This document shows, one piece after another, positions 27,975-38,318 of a stretch of 64,000 nt of DNA. A program made the translations under genes and the position numbers. Every line of letters starts with the position of its first letter. Within the stretch, counting starts at the first letter, position 1. The notes beneath the pieces are model-generated. The model ran no database searches and was not told where the DNA came from. It saw only the letters and a program-made list of their open reading frames with translations. The stretch is from positions 1 to 64,000 of the IMG/VR virus record IMGVR_UViG_3300015265_000001; one strand, given 5' to 3'.

Positions 27975-29591
27975 ATGAAACCCACAAACCTTACGTTGCT
28001 GGACTTTAACAAGATCGGGCCACCTGTGTTTAAGCCGGTGACGTCCACTGACGCGTTTGAAGGCATGACCAAAGACCTCAATGACGAAGGTCTGTACTCG
28101 TTGGAAATCTTTGGCAAGATGGGTAGCAAACAACGCGACGAAACCGAAGCGTACATTGACACCAAATTAGAAATTTTCAACCCAACTTACTTTAAAGCGA
28201 TGATTCAAACAAAGTCGCTTTACCTCGGAATTCTCAAAGGCACGGAATATGCCGTCTGGGACCCACAGGCCAAAGATTTCATAAAATCCAACCTCATCGA
28301 AGGTGAGACCGGTTTCAGTTTCTTTGCCAGTCATTTCAAAGAACTGATGCCAAGTTTGACCGACAGTTATAAGCGTAAGCAAAAGGTGGAGTTGGTGCAG
28401 CGGTTCAAGCCTATTGCGCTGGCTGCAAAGGTTTTGGTTCCACCAGCTGGTTTGCGGGATATCGAATTCCAACCGGACGGGTCTACTGTGGAGCCGGAAA
28501 TCACCGACCTCTACCGTAAACTGTTGTTCCGTACCCGAGTGGTCACTTTGGGTGTTCGGGAGGATGCGGAGAATCCACTGTACGATACCGTACGTTGGGG
28601 TTTGCAAAACTCCTACAACGACATCGATCAATACCTGTTCGATTTGATGGACGGTAAGTCGGGTCTTTTCCAACGTCGTGTTTCGACACGTGGTGTGGTG
28701 TCGGGTACACGTAACGTTATTACCGCGCGTAAGGTCTCCAGAGAGCACTTGTACAAAGGGAACGGGGTAAACCCCAACTCGGTGGACATGGGTCTCTATC
28801 AGGCGCTGCTGAACTTCCAGTACGTCTGTATTCATGCACTGCTCACCAAGTACCTTGGCGATATCTTTGCCACGGGCTCCCAAAACGTCAAGCTGGTTAA
28901 CACCAAGACCTTGGAGTACGAATATGTCGAAGTCTCAGCAAGTGTTGTCGAAAAGTGGTCAACTGCCACCGGCATCTCCAAACTCTTTAACGGATTTGGT
29001 AACGCAAGACTCCGTTCCAAGCCCATCATCCTTTCTGGGCACTATCTGGCGCTGGTGTACGACGACGGTCATGATGTTTGTGTCCTGAGTGACATCAATG
29101 ATTTGCCAGCAGGAAAAGATCGCAAACTGGTGACTCCAATCACCTACATGCAACTTTATTATCTCTCCTGCCACAAAGTTATTGGTGAGCAAGTTTCTCA
29201 GCAGACGCGTTATCCAGTAATCGGTATCGGTTCGATCTTCCCGGCCAAAGTTAACCTCCTCAGTATCGAAGGGGCTAAACCGCGAATGATTCGGGATGCC
29301 GAATGGAACGAGGTCGAAGAGTGCCTGCGTTATCCGCACAACGTTGATAAGCCGGACTACTATGACGCCATGTCGGTAGACCCAAGTCGTGAAGCCGGTC
29401 TTGATTCCGACCACGACGGTGACATGCTCAACAGTAACAGTGTGTGCGCTGAAGACAGTAAAGCTCAAGTGGCTGATCTCTTCGGTAAGCGCGAGTACTA
29501 CATCAGTGGCAGCGGTCGGTTCCTGTATGACCCTGTGAACGAACCCATCTTGTTTATGCTCAAAGCCGCCACCAGCGGTATGGAGAGTTAA
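27975..29591 (+). CDS. Virion RNA polymerase beta' N-terminal/catalytic subunit (phiKZ gp180-like)
   Basis: DEGLYSLEIFG, VPPAGLRD, GTRNVIT, TRYPV and the catalytic DxDGD motif (DSDHDGD). Confidence 0.9.
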   Translation: MKPTNLTLLDFNKIGPPVFKPVTSTDAFEGMTKDLNDEGLYSLEIFGKMGSKQRDETEAYIDTKLEIFNPTYFKAMIQTKSLYLGILKGTEYAVWDPQAKDFIKSNLIEGETGFSFFASHFKELMPSLTDSYKRKQKVELVQRFKPIALAAKVLVPPAGLRDIEFQPDGSTVEPEITDLYRKLLFRTRVVTLGVREDAENPLYDTVRWGLQNSYNDIDQYLFDLMDGKSGLFQRRVSTRGVVSGTRNVITARKVSREHLYKGNGVNPNSVDMGLYQALLNFQYVCIHALLTKYLGDIFATGSQNVKLVNTKTLEYEYVEVSASVVEKWSTATGISKLFNGFGNARLRSKPIILSGHYLALVYDDGHDVCVLSDINDLPAGKDRKLVTPITYMQLYYLSCHKVIGEQVSQQTRYPVIGIGSIFPAKVNLLSIEGAKPRMIRDAEWNEVEECLRYPHNVDKPDYYDAMSVDPSREAGLDSDHDGDMLNSNSVCAEDSKAQVADLFGKREYYISGSGRFLYDPVNEPILFMLKAATSGMES

Positions 29592-29595
29592 AGGT

Positions 29596-32500
29596 ATGAA
29601 TATCCCACCGGCGATTACGCTGAGTCCCCTAGACGCTGTAACGGGGGAAGAAGCACTGTACCCCCAGTTCTACCGCGCCTTCGTGCAGCGGAAGCGTCAA
29701 GAGTTGATCGCCCCTGTATTCATCGGGATTGGCGAGATCATCTTGCCACGTTCCTCGCTGCTTCACTTCTTTCCAAGCAATCCACAAGAGATCGGTCCTT
29801 CGGTTTCTGAAGCGTTTATCAGCAACTATCCAGATGACGTGTTCATCGAGTTCCCGGCTAAGTACACCCCGGTGATTGGTAACGGTCGTGCTGTACAGAT
29901 CGAAGCCCGCAAGATCATCACCGGTTACCGTGGTACTCATTACAAGTACAACTGGACCAAAGACATCAACACGGTCTACAACAAAGAGAAGGTGCTGGTT
30001 GTTAAGAGCTACGGCCTCGCCGATCTTCTCTGGCACCCACGGGCTTCTCTGTTCATCAACTTCGAGCGGTATTACAACCACTTCAACCTGTTGATGGATG
30101 GCGTTAACGAAGAAGCTACTCGGGCAAAGCGGCGTAAGCAGTTCTACCGCATTGACCTGCCGCTGCACATGCCGTCTTTTACCGACCTGATGATCGACTA
30201 CGACCATTACGTTGGGAGTTTCCGTAACGGCTTGCCGCTGGCCAGCAACAAGACCGTACGGACCACCAAGCAAGAGAACTCCTACTGGTTGATGGACTGG
30301 ATGGCGTTCCTGTTTGGCGACTACGAGTACAGCTTGCTGAACAAGTTGTCTGCTGAAGCGATCGAAGATTTCCACCTGATCTTCGTATTCAACAGCCGTG
30401 CACTGGTGATTCACCTGGGTACGCTGAAAGGGTGGTTGGATGCCGAACTGGATCCAAAGGCAAAACTATCCGACAAGAGTTCGCCACAGAGCGAGCGAGA
30501 AAAGCACAGTAAACGTTTGAACGCGTCCAAGCGTGTTTATTTAGCCTTGCTTAACCTTACCCGAGGTGGTGTCTCGGAGGAGGAAGTGGTAAAAGAAGGA
30601 GAGTCGGATGAACGAGGAGAAAAAGCAGCGTCGGCTGAGCATGTGGCTGCAAAAGAGACGGGAACTCCGAAAGGGCAAAGTCAAGCACCCCATCGATCCG
30701 GAGAAGGAACGGTTCCTGGCAAAAATGACAAGCGGCCAGCTGCTACTCATTCTGATCCTCTCCGTGATGCTTTCGGTGGTGGTAAAGGAGCTGACGACGG
30801 AGTTCATGAAGGGGCCGGACAAGCGGGAGACGGAGCAAATCCTGAAAGCACTGAAGACTGGACATCCCATGTAGATGACCGCTTGCTCGAACAAGAGAAA
30901 GTGGTTGCTGAGGTCTCGGTCAAGAAGGATCCGTTTCCAAAGCTTGAAAGTGGTGTACAGGCAGCGTTGGAAGCCAAGACCCGCGAAAGCGGCATGACTG
31001 TCGCCGAGCAACAGTTCTTCATGCGTAAGGGTACTCAGGTTTATCACATCGAAATGGGTAACGGTCAGAGTCTGGCTGAATTCATGGAGATCAAACCTGA
31101 GGAGCTGAAGTCGCTTAAGGCGGACGGGAAGATCCAGGGTAACTTTACCACGATCAACGACACGTCTATGCTTGAGAGTCGTGCCAAGGTCTTGAAGCAG
31201 GGCTATGTGAACAAGTTCCTGCATAAGGACTACGCGACCATGGCAGTCGGCATTCAAAACGCCGGCTTTGCTTTGAACGACTATCGTCATGAAGTGGTAG
31301 AGGGCCCTGAAGGTTCCTACGATGTATTGACTATTCAGGTTCATCACCCTGATGGCGAACAGTCGACTCACCCGATTCGTTTCCCTAAGGTGAGTAACGA
31401 CGACGCTTCCTTTACGGTCGACGGCGTTAAGTCCCACCTCCAACTGCAACGCATGGAGCTGCCGATCCGCAAGATCGATGCAAGCACTGTGCTGTTGACA
31501 TCTCACTACGACCGCCAGTTGATGGTGACCCGTAGCAAGAAGGTGGTGGACGACCTGGGCGTGTGGATGAAGAAGCAGATCTTGTTGCGCGCTATGGCGA
31601 ACAAGGAGATCACTCTGAGTCGTGGTACCGGTCGCAGTCGCGAACACATCGGTCCTCGCATCTACAGCATCCTGGCGGGCAGCTTCCAGTGGATCAATGT
31701 CGGCGGTTACATGCTGGACTTCCGCATCGACAAGTTGCTGGAGGAGCATCCGGAGTTCAAGAAACTCACCAAGACAGACATGTTCCTGGTGGGGGTCAAG
31801 GACAAGAAGCCGATCACCATTGACAGCTACGGTTATCTCTACCTCGACGGTGTTGAGTTCAGCTCCTTCGAAGAGCTGATGGGGATCAACTTCAGCAAAG
31901 CGCCTAACGAACACGCCGTGATCAACATCAGCGGCTATCCGTTCCCTCTGGGTGTTGTGCTGTGCTACTACTTCGGGATTGATGAGCTGTTGAAAGTCAT
32001 CAAGGCTACCACCCGGACTGTGCCAATGGGAACCCGTCCAAAGCTGGCTGATGACGAGTACGCCATCCAGTTCAACGACGAGTACCTGATCTTTAACCGT
32101 CGTGAGAAGTTGACGACGTTGATCTTTGGCGGGATGCCTAAGCTGACCAACATCAGTAACTTCAGCCGAAGTGATCTGAACAGCCAAAACATCTGGGGCC
32201 CTCTGATGGGGGATCCAAAGGTACGGCCGGGTCAGTTCCTGGAAATGAACCTGCTTTACAAAATGTTCATCGATCCAATCACCAAGAAACAATTGGCTGG
32301 TATGGGTTACAGCGAGTCGTTCCATTACTTGCTCATCGATGCTGCTCGACTGTTGGAAACCGACTATACCCGTCATGAGGTAGAAATCGAGGAACAACGC
32401 TTTGTCGGGTATGAACGTTTTGCTGGGCACTTCTACAAGGTCATGGTGGGGGCTGCACGTCAGTTCTTTAACAAGGGTAAGGGTCGTAAGCAAAAGCTTG

Positions 32501-33969
32501 AGATCAATCCTGAAGCTGTGATCATGGCAATCCTCAAGGACACTTCGGTGAACCGTGTGGAAGAAGTGAACCCTATCCACCAGTTGAAGGATCAGGAAGA
32601 ATTGACCTTTGGCGGTACTGGTGGGCGCAGCGAAATCACTGTGGTTAAACGTGCTCGTGTACAACTGCCTACCTATCGCGGTAAGGTCTCTGAGGCGAAC
32701 AAGGACAGCGGTAAGGTAGGGTTTGTAACCTACACGACTTCTGACCCGTTGGTTCTTGACTACCGTGGCAATATCGACACCAAGAGTGAACCGTCTCCGA
32801 CTTCGCTGTATTCGGTCACGGGTAACCTGGCATTCGGTATGAATAAGGATGACACCAAGCGGGGGATGTTTACCTCGACTCAGGCGTCTCAGGCAGTAAG
32901 CGCTGAAAACTACACCATGCCGATTACCCGCACGGGCTATGATAACATCATTGCTCACCGGACCTCCGAACTCTACAGCAAGGTTGCTAAAGAGGACGGT
33001 AAGGTTACTGCGGTTGAAGCTGACCATCTGGAGATTACCTACACTGACGGCACTGCTGAGAAGTATCCGTTGGGTCTGGTGATTGGTGAAGCGAGCGGTG
33101 AATACCATCGTCACACCCGTGTTACCGATTTGAAAGTCGGCGACAAGTTTGTTAAGGGTGATGTGGTAGGTTGGGACAAGCAGTGGTTTGCACGTGACCC
33201 ATTCTGCCCGGGTCAGGTGACTTGGCTTAACGGCCGTCAAGTTCGTATTGCGCTGGTAGAAGACCAGGACACCTACGAGGACTCCATCGCTGTTTCTAAA
33301 GCGATTATGGAAGAATCGATTACCCCGTTTATTACGAAGAACACTTTCGTAGTGGATGTGGATAAAGTTGTGACCTTCCGGGTTAAACAAGGTGACCAGA
33401 TCGACTACGACGCGATTTTATGCGAGATTGAAGAAAGCCACCTGGCGGGGGTGGGAGAGGCCTCCACGCAAGTCGACGATATCAACCGTTTGGGGATCAA
33501 ACAACACCGCTCCAAGCACCACGGCGAGGTGGTCAAGATCGAAGTGCTTTACAACTCGCCTATGGAAAACATGTCTGACAGTGTGCGTAAACTGGTCGTC
33601 GCTGGCGACAAAGAACGTAAGCGCATGTCCTCGATTGATGGCAGCTTCCCAACAGGTAACGTGGGTAACAACCTTAACGTGGCTAAACCTGTATTGTCAC
33701 CAGGAAAGGTATTGTTTACTGTCTACGTGGAATCGATGGACGGGTCTACGACTTCGGACAAGTACGTAATCGGTAACCAGATGAAGGGTACCGTCAACGG
33801 TGTGATGAAGAAACCGTTGATGACTCAAGATGGTCGTGTGGTGGACGTCAAGTGTAGTTTTAAAGGCGGCTTTAACCGCATGGTATTGAGCTTACGTGAT
33901 CGACTGGGTACAAGTGAACTGTCGGTTGGGGTTACCAAACAGGCTATTGCCATTTACAGGGGTAAGTAA
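29596..33969 (+). CDS. Virion RNA polymerase beta subunit, large part (phiKZ gp178-like)
   Basis: 1457 aa; SEANKDSGKVG, DDTKR..F…QA, TYEDSIAVS and DKYVIGNQMKGTV correspond to RpoB conserved blocks. Confidence 0.9.
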   Translation: MNIPPAITLSPLDAVTGEEALYPQFYRAFVQRKRQELIAPVFIGIGEIILPRSSLLHFFPSNPQEIGPSVSEAFISNYPDDVFIEFPAKYTPVIGNGRAVQIEARKIITGYRGTHYKYNWTKDINTVYNKEKVLVVKSYGLADLLWHPRASLFINFERYYNHFNLLMDGVNEEATRAKRRKQFYRIDLPLHMPSFTDLMIDYDHYVGSFRNGLPLASNKTVRTTKQENSYWLMDWMAFLFGDYEYSLLNKLSAEAIEDFHLIFVFNSRALVIHLGTLKGWLDAELDPKAKLSDKSSPQSEREKHSKRLNASKRVYLALLNLTRGGVSEEEVVKEGESDERGEKAASAEHVAAKETGTPKGQSQAPHRSGEGTVPGKNDKRPAATHSDPLRDAFGGGKGADDGVHEGAGQAGDGANPESTEDWTSHVDDRLLEQEKVVAEVSVKKDPFPKLESGVQAALEAKTRESGMTVAEQQFFMRKGTQVYHIEMGNGQSLAEFMEIKPEELKSLKADGKIQGNFTTINDTSMLESRAKVLKQGYVNKFLHKDYATMAVGIQNAGFALNDYRHEVVEGPEGSYDVLTIQVHHPDGEQSTHPIRFPKVSNDDASFTVDGVKSHLQLQRMELPIRKIDASTVLLTSHYDRQLMVTRSKKVVDDLGVWMKKQILLRAMANKEITLSRGTGRSREHIGPRIYSILAGSFQWINVGGYMLDFRIDKLLEEHPEFKKLTKTDMFLVGVKDKKPITIDSYGYLYLDGVEFSSFEELMGINFSKAPNEHAVINISGYPFPLGVVLCYYFGIDELLKVIKATTRTVPMGTRPKLADDEYAIQFNDEYLIFNRREKLTTLIFGGMPKLTNISNFSRSDLNSQNIWGPLMGDPKVRPGQFLEMNLLYKMFIDPITKKQLAGMGYSESFHYLLIDAARLLETDYTRHEVEIEEQRFVGYERFAGHFYKVMVGAARQFFNKGKGRKQKLEINPEAVIMAILKDTSVNRVEEVNPIHQLKDQEELTFGGTGGRSEITVVKRARVQLPTYRGKVSEANKDSGKVGFVTYTTSDPLVLDYRGNIDTKSEPSPTSLYSVTGNLAFGMNKDDTKRGMFTSTQASQAVSAENYTMPITRTGYDNIIAHRTSELYSKVAKEDGKVTAVEADHLEITYTDGTAEKYPLGLVIGEASGEYHRHTRVTDLKVGDKFVKGDVVGWDKQWFARDPFCPGQVTWLNGRQVRIALVEDQDTYEDSIAVSKAIMEESITPFITKNTFVVDVDKVVTFRVKQGDQIDYDAILCEIEESHLAGVGEASTQVDDINRLGIKQHRSKHHGEVVKIEVLYNSPMENMSDSVRKLVVAGDKERKRMSSIDGSFPTGNVGNNLNVAKPVLSPGKVLFTVYVESMDGSTTSDKYVIGNQMKGTVNGVMKKPLMTQDGRVVDVKCSFKGGFNRMVLSLRDRLGTSELSVGVTKQAIAIYRGK

Positions 33970-33971
33970 AG

Positions 33972-34898
33972 ATGAGCTTCCGGACAGTCAACGGGGTTAA
34001 AGACATTCAAGTGGTTCTCGGTGAGGGCCAAGTCTACCCCGGCGGTATTGACGGTGTCTGGGGAAATGGAAGTCGGGATGGGGTCCTGAAGTTGTTTCAG
34101 GACTACCACCTGTTCCTCAACGGGGGGCGCTCTGTGCCCCTGCCTGTTGCCTCAGGAGCTGGTTACGATGTTGCAGTACAAGCGATCAAGGATATCCAGA
34201 GCAACCTGAAGTTGGTAGGTCTCTATTCGGGTGCCGTTGATGGCATCCCAGGTAACGGCAGCATCGGCGGTCTGCGTCAATTGCTGTTCAGTTATGTCAA
34301 GCGTAACAAGCTGCCGTTCTACGACCTCGGTTGGAGTAAGCTGGTTCCTCCGGCTTTCGCTCAGAAGGTTCGTGACTGGTGCACCAAGAACAACATGTTC
34401 CCGGGTGCGGCTTCTGCGCTGATGGCATGCATGCACTTCGAATCGGGTGGTACCTTCCGCCCTGATAAGCAGAACAACGGCGGCAGCAACTACTGGGGTC
34501 TGATCCAATTCGGTAAGGACGCAGTCGCTGACCTGGCGAAAACCTATGGGTTGAAGATTACCCTGGACGACGTCAAGGCCATGAGCCAACTGGATCAACT
34601 CGATCTGGTGTTCAAGTATTTCGAAATGTGGCAAAAGCGCGGCAAGGTTTACAAGCGCCTCGAAGACTTCTATCTGACGATCTTCTATCCTGCTGCGGTG
34701 GGTAAAGGTCCAGACGAAGTTCTGTTCAGCAAAGATTCTCCGGTGCCCATCATTGCCAAGTCTTACCTGCAAAACAACGGGTTCGACATCAACAAGGATG
34801 GTGACATCACCGTAGGCGAGATCTGTACTCGTCTCTACGACACGTATTACACCGGGATGTCGGTCAAGAACCGTGTCTCCAGTCCTAACCCACTCTAA
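33972..34898 (+). CDS. Modular endolysin (EL188-like): PG-binding repeats plus a lysozyme-like catalytic domain
   Basis: Two PG_binding_1 repeats (IDGVWGNGS, VDGIPGNGS), then MHFESGGTF…YWGLIQFG…QLDLVFKYF…N.GFDINKDG.IT. Confidence 0.85.
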   Translation: MSFRTVNGVKDIQVVLGEGQVYPGGIDGVWGNGSRDGVLKLFQDYHLFLNGGRSVPLPVASGAGYDVAVQAIKDIQSNLKLVGLYSGAVDGIPGNGSIGGLRQLLFSYVKRNKLPFYDLGWSKLVPPAFAQKVRDWCTKNNMFPGAASALMACMHFESGGTFRPDKQNNGGSNYWGLIQFGKDAVADLAKTYGLKITLDDVKAMSQLDQLDLVFKYFEMWQKRGKVYKRLEDFYLTIFYPAAVGKGPDEVLFSKDSPVPIIAKSYLQNNGFDINKDGDITVGEICTRLYDTYYTGMSVKNRVSSPNPL

Positions 34899-34919
34899 CC
34901 CTACCAGGAGATCGGTCCG

Positions 34920-35096
34920 ATGACTGATAAAGAGCAACTCATCACCAACATCATCACGGGTGCGAATACCGTGGAGGTGGTTAAACGGACCCTCGCCAAA
35001 GTAGGGTTGCAATTCCTTGCCCCTCTGAGTGAGTCGGTGCTGGATGAAAAGATCAGCAAGGCCATCACTGGTCGTGTCCAAGGAGCGTCGAAATGA
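34920..35096 (+). CDS. Small hypothetical protein (58 aa), absent from the ORF track
   Basis: AGGAG RBS; MTDKEQLITNIITGANTVEVVKRTLAKVGLQFLAPLSESVLDEKISKAITGRVQGASK*; its stop overlaps the next ATG (ATGA). Confidence 0.75.
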   Translation: MTDKEQLITNIITGANTVEVVKRTLAKVGLQFLAPLSESVLDEKISKAITGRVQGASK

Positions 35097-36622
35097 TTCG
35101 TGAATCCAGCATTGCGCTTTCTGAACTGATCGCTGTAGGCGGCGGTAGCTTCCGTCCAAGTCCTGTTATCGCCGGCCTCAACGGTGAATCCGGCGGCGCT
35201 CTGGCGTTTACCGACAACTTCCGCCAGGAAATCATGGATGCCACCAAAGGCAACATGCACACCGAAGCGCTGGAAGCCAGTTCGGATCGTCTGGCGGAGA
35301 TCATCCGTGAGTCGTTGGAAAACATCCGTAACTACGGCGTTCCAATGGCGCGCAAGGTTCTGGCTGACACCAGCCTGCTGTACTCGCGTCAACAGCTGCA
35401 AAGCCTGACCGAGCAACTGGTTGAAGTGCAGTACGTCAACGTCGACAACGGCTTCTTCGAGTCCCCGCTGTATCCGACCGAAGTGCGCGACAAGACCCTC
35501 ACCTACACCGGTGTGGACCTGAACGCGGCCAAGCAGCTGAAATGGCGCTGGCCTGACCAGAAGGAGATCCTCGATTTCATCGCGGCCTCCCATGGTGATC
35601 TGGTAGCCATCCTCGAAGACGACGATGAAAGCCTGAGCGACGCGTGCAGCCGTATCAGTGACCTGGGCGAACTGCAAAACCTGTTCGTCAACAAAGACGG
35701 TATCTTCGACTTCTCGCAAGTTAAGTCGGTGCGTTTCGTCCTGCTGCTGAAGATGTACGTACTGCTGACCAAGATGTACTTCTCCGAAGATCCGGCGCCG
35801 TGGCTGCAAACGGGTGAACTGTCGACCTACCGCAGCTTTGTTAGCCTGCTGTGGAACGGCATGACCCTGTACCTCACCAAGCTGAAACAGACCGTCCAGG
35901 TTTACCGTCAGCGTCAACTGGTGATCGTGCCGGAGAAGCAACCGTCTCTGACCGTGCACAGCCAGTCGCAGTTCGGCGACACTCGTTTCATGCAGGCCAA
36001 GTTGAAGGTGTTCTACACCAACGCTATCCTGGACAAGATCCAGGCAGCCAACGTGGGCTTTACTGAAGCCATCATGGGTTACTACTGGGCTTCGCTGACC
36101 GGCTCCCCAATGTCGATCGTCGACTTCATTGCCGACGTGAGCCGTGGCCGTGGTCATGCAAAAGCCTACTACGACCACATCCACGAGAAACTGACGACCC
36201 AGTCGAAGGCGTTGTTCATCAAAGGTGGTGTTAAAGCCATCTTCGACTTCATCTCCGAAACCGGTCCGCTGCTGGCTCGTGCCAATGCCGTACGCGGTGG
36301 CAATCAGATGTTGCAGACCTGGGTGCAGGAGAAGTTTGCCGGTGAGTTGGAAAAGGCTCACTACATCCTCGCTGAGCGTTTCAGTGGTGGTGATGTCATC
36401 GATATCGCTCCGGGCTCTGAAGGTGCTGATCCTCGTCTGGACACCCTGCTGGAAACCACCCTGGTTCCTGCCTTCCTGCGCGCCTGTGGTGCTACTCTGA
36501 CCGCCGATGTCATCGAAGCCACCTTCGTGGACACCAGCAAAGAAGATAACGTCATGGACAAGCGCGAACGCCTGACCGTGGCTGTTATCAACGAGCTCGT
36601 GAAACGTCTGCTCGAGGCCTAA
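35093..36622 (+). CDS. Conserved hypothetical protein (phiKZ gp177-like by synteny)
   Basis: 509 aa with strongly biased codons, located between RNAP beta and the protease. Confidence 0.75.
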   Translation: MIRESSIALSELIAVGGGSFRPSPVIAGLNGESGGALAFTDNFRQEIMDATKGNMHTEALEASSDRLAEIIRESLENIRNYGVPMARKVLADTSLLYSRQQLQSLTEQLVEVQYVNVDNGFFESPLYPTEVRDKTLTYTGVDLNAAKQLKWRWPDQKEILDFIAASHGDLVAILEDDDESLSDACSRISDLGELQNLFVNKDGIFDFSQVKSVRFVLLLKMYVLLTKMYFSEDPAPWLQTGELSTYRSFVSLLWNGMTLYLTKLKQTVQVYRQRQLVIVPEKQPSLTVHSQSQFGDTRFMQAKLKVFYTNAILDKIQAANVGFTEAIMGYYWASLTGSPMSIVDFIADVSRGRGHAKAYYDHIHEKLTTQSKALFIKGGVKAIFDFISETGPLLARANAVRGGNQMLQTWVQEKFAGELEKAHYILAERFSGGDVIDIAPGSEGADPRLDTLLETTLVPAFLRACGATLTADVIEATFVDTSKEDNVMDKRERLTVAVINELVKRLLEA

Positions 36623-36625
36623 TCG

Positions 36626-37351
36626 ATGGAAATCGACAACCTCAAGCATGATCCTGACATTGCTGACCGGTTGTGGACTGAAATGGAGGATGGGTCTGTT
36701 ATCGCTAAACGTGATTTCGAGATCCATCTTCCTAAACGGTTTGTAGACAGCGGCATGGCCGAGGTCGGCGAAACAGTCACAACGCCGGTGGTGCTTGGGT
36801 TGGTGATCCCGGGGGAGAGTTACGCTGCCCTGATGTCACTTATGGATGTCACCCTCGTACCGCTGAGCATTCGTGAAGTTGCAATCAAGGGCACTCAGTA
36901 TCTGGTGTTGGAGTTTACCAAAGGTGACACGGTCATCGAAAACACCAACGTACTGCAAGAGCCCAATCAGCCGTACGCGTATTACATGGAGTTCCTCTAC
37001 TACGCCAAACGTCCTTGGTATGTCGCTGAAAACGCGTTGTCGTCGATGTTTGACTTGGCGGCTTCGCAGAGCGGCGATCCGGTGGGTAGCAGTCCCCAGG
37101 TAATGCGTGTGTACATGTCATTAATGTTCCGCGATCCAGACAACCTGGAAAAGCCGTACCGGTACAGTAAGGCGATGTTGGAAGGACGACCTCCAGTAAT
37201 TGTGGGTCTTAATAACAGTGGTCTATTGATCGACGGGACCTTCCCGAAAATCATGGGCGGTTACCAACGTGATAACACGGTGGCGGCAATTGTGAACCCT
37301 GATGACCGCGTTACTGATCTGGAGAAGATTATTAAAGGGGTCCCCGTATGA
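36626..37351 (+). CDS. Conserved hypothetical protein (phiKZ gp176-like by synteny)
   Basis: 241 aa; IHLPKRF, Y.EF.YYAKRPWY and KIMGGY motifs; directly precedes the protease. Confidence 0.7.
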   Translation: MEIDNLKHDPDIADRLWTEMEDGSVIAKRDFEIHLPKRFVDSGMAEVGETVTTPVVLGLVIPGESYAALMSLMDVTLVPLSIREVAIKGTQYLVLEFTKGDTVIENTNVLQEPNQPYAYYMEFLYYAKRPWYVAENALSSMFDLAASQSGDPVGSSPQVMRVYMSLMFRDPDNLEKPYRYSKAMLEGRPPVIVGLNNSGLLIDGTFPKIMGGYQRDNTVAAIVNPDDRVTDLEKIIKGVPV

Positions 37352-38208
37352 GTCAGACGTTATCATTTGGCAGCACCCTGCTGCCGCAGACGGGTAAGAA
37401 GGGCATCCTCAAGCCCATGGAACCCGGCGGTCATTACTACCTGATGAACGCAGGTGGTTTCAACATCCTCAACCGTGGTGGTGTGGGTTATCGCCTCAAC
37501 GATTACATCAAAGAGTGCATCAACCCAGACAGCGACCTGAACCGTCGTGCCGCCGAGAACCAGCTCTGGTGTGAACTGGGGCACCCTCCGCAGTACTTCT
37601 GGGAGCGTAAAGACGGTCGCATCATTCAAACGCCGATCACTGAGCTCTATCAGTGGATCCACCGCCTGCGTACAGTGTTGGAACCCAACGTCTGTGCGTC
37701 GATCCGGAAGATTCACTTCCGCTTCACCGGTGGTGATCGTGACCCGGTGCACAACCAAGTAGAGATCCGTTCATTCGGCCCTCTCAAGGAAGTGTTCCAG
37801 GACAGCATCGAAGATCCGGACATGAACACGGCCATTTCCATCCGTACGGTGACCAAGCCGCAGCAGATGGGTGATCGTGTTCGTGAAGTTGAATTCTGGA
37901 CAGGGTACGATGTGGTTATGGAGCAGGGCATGTTGGAAGCCTGCAAATACCGCACCGCCGGCCTGGAAGACTTCCTGTCTTCTGCGCTGTATAACCCGAC
38001 TCCGGCTGAAGTGGAAACAACGGTAGACGAGTTCCTGTTCATGTGCAAACAGAAGGCTGGTAGCGACGCGGCGTTCTCCCGCTTTGCTGGCACTGAAAGT
38101 TTCGAACGGGTTACCTCGATGATCCGTGAAGTAGAACAACGCCTTCGTGGTCAACACGACAAGAAGGTTCAGATCGTTCGTTCCAGCGCTTTGTCTGTCT
38201 TCAAGTAA
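37348..38208 (+). CDS. Prohead (head maturation) serine protease, phiKZ gp175-like
   Basis: ELGHPP (catalytic His), TAISIRT (catalytic Ser) and YDVVMEQG; C-terminal self-cleavage-type AGLE|D and AGTE|S. Confidence 0.88.
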   Translation: MSQTLSFGSTLLPQTGKKGILKPMEPGGHYYLMNAGGFNILNRGGVGYRLNDYIKECINPDSDLNRRAAENQLWCELGHPPQYFWERKDGRIIQTPITELYQWIHRLRTVLEPNVCASIRKIHFRFTGGDRDPVHNQVEIRSFGPLKEVFQDSIEDPDMNTAISIRTVTKPQQMGDRVREVEFWTGYDVVMEQGMLEACKYRTAGLEDFLSSALYNPTPAEVETTVDEFLFMCKQKAGSDAAFSRFAGTESFERVTSMIREVEQRLRGQHDKKVQIVRSSALSVFK

Positions 38209-38216
38209 GGCATCAT

Positions 38217-38250
38217 TAACCTCTACCAGGGATAGCCCTGGTAGAGGTTA
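38217..38250 (+). terminator. 15-bp perfect hairpin ending the RNAP-protease operon
   Basis: TAACCTCTACCAGGG-atag-CCCTGGTAGAGGTTA. Confidence 0.8.
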
Positions 38251-38318
38251 TATTTATTAACGGTGTGGCAATAGATATAGCCATTAGTGCGTTTTGTTAA
38301 AACCAAGAGGATGAAGTA

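Noticed and set aside
27975-33969. Introns or splits in the RNAP genes
   Set aside because: Both ORFs are continuous and of expected size. The division of beta and beta' into several genes is the normal phiKZ-family state, not a novelty.
34920-35096. Holin call for the small ORF after the endolysin
   Set aside because: There is no hydrophobic stretch long enough for a TM helix.
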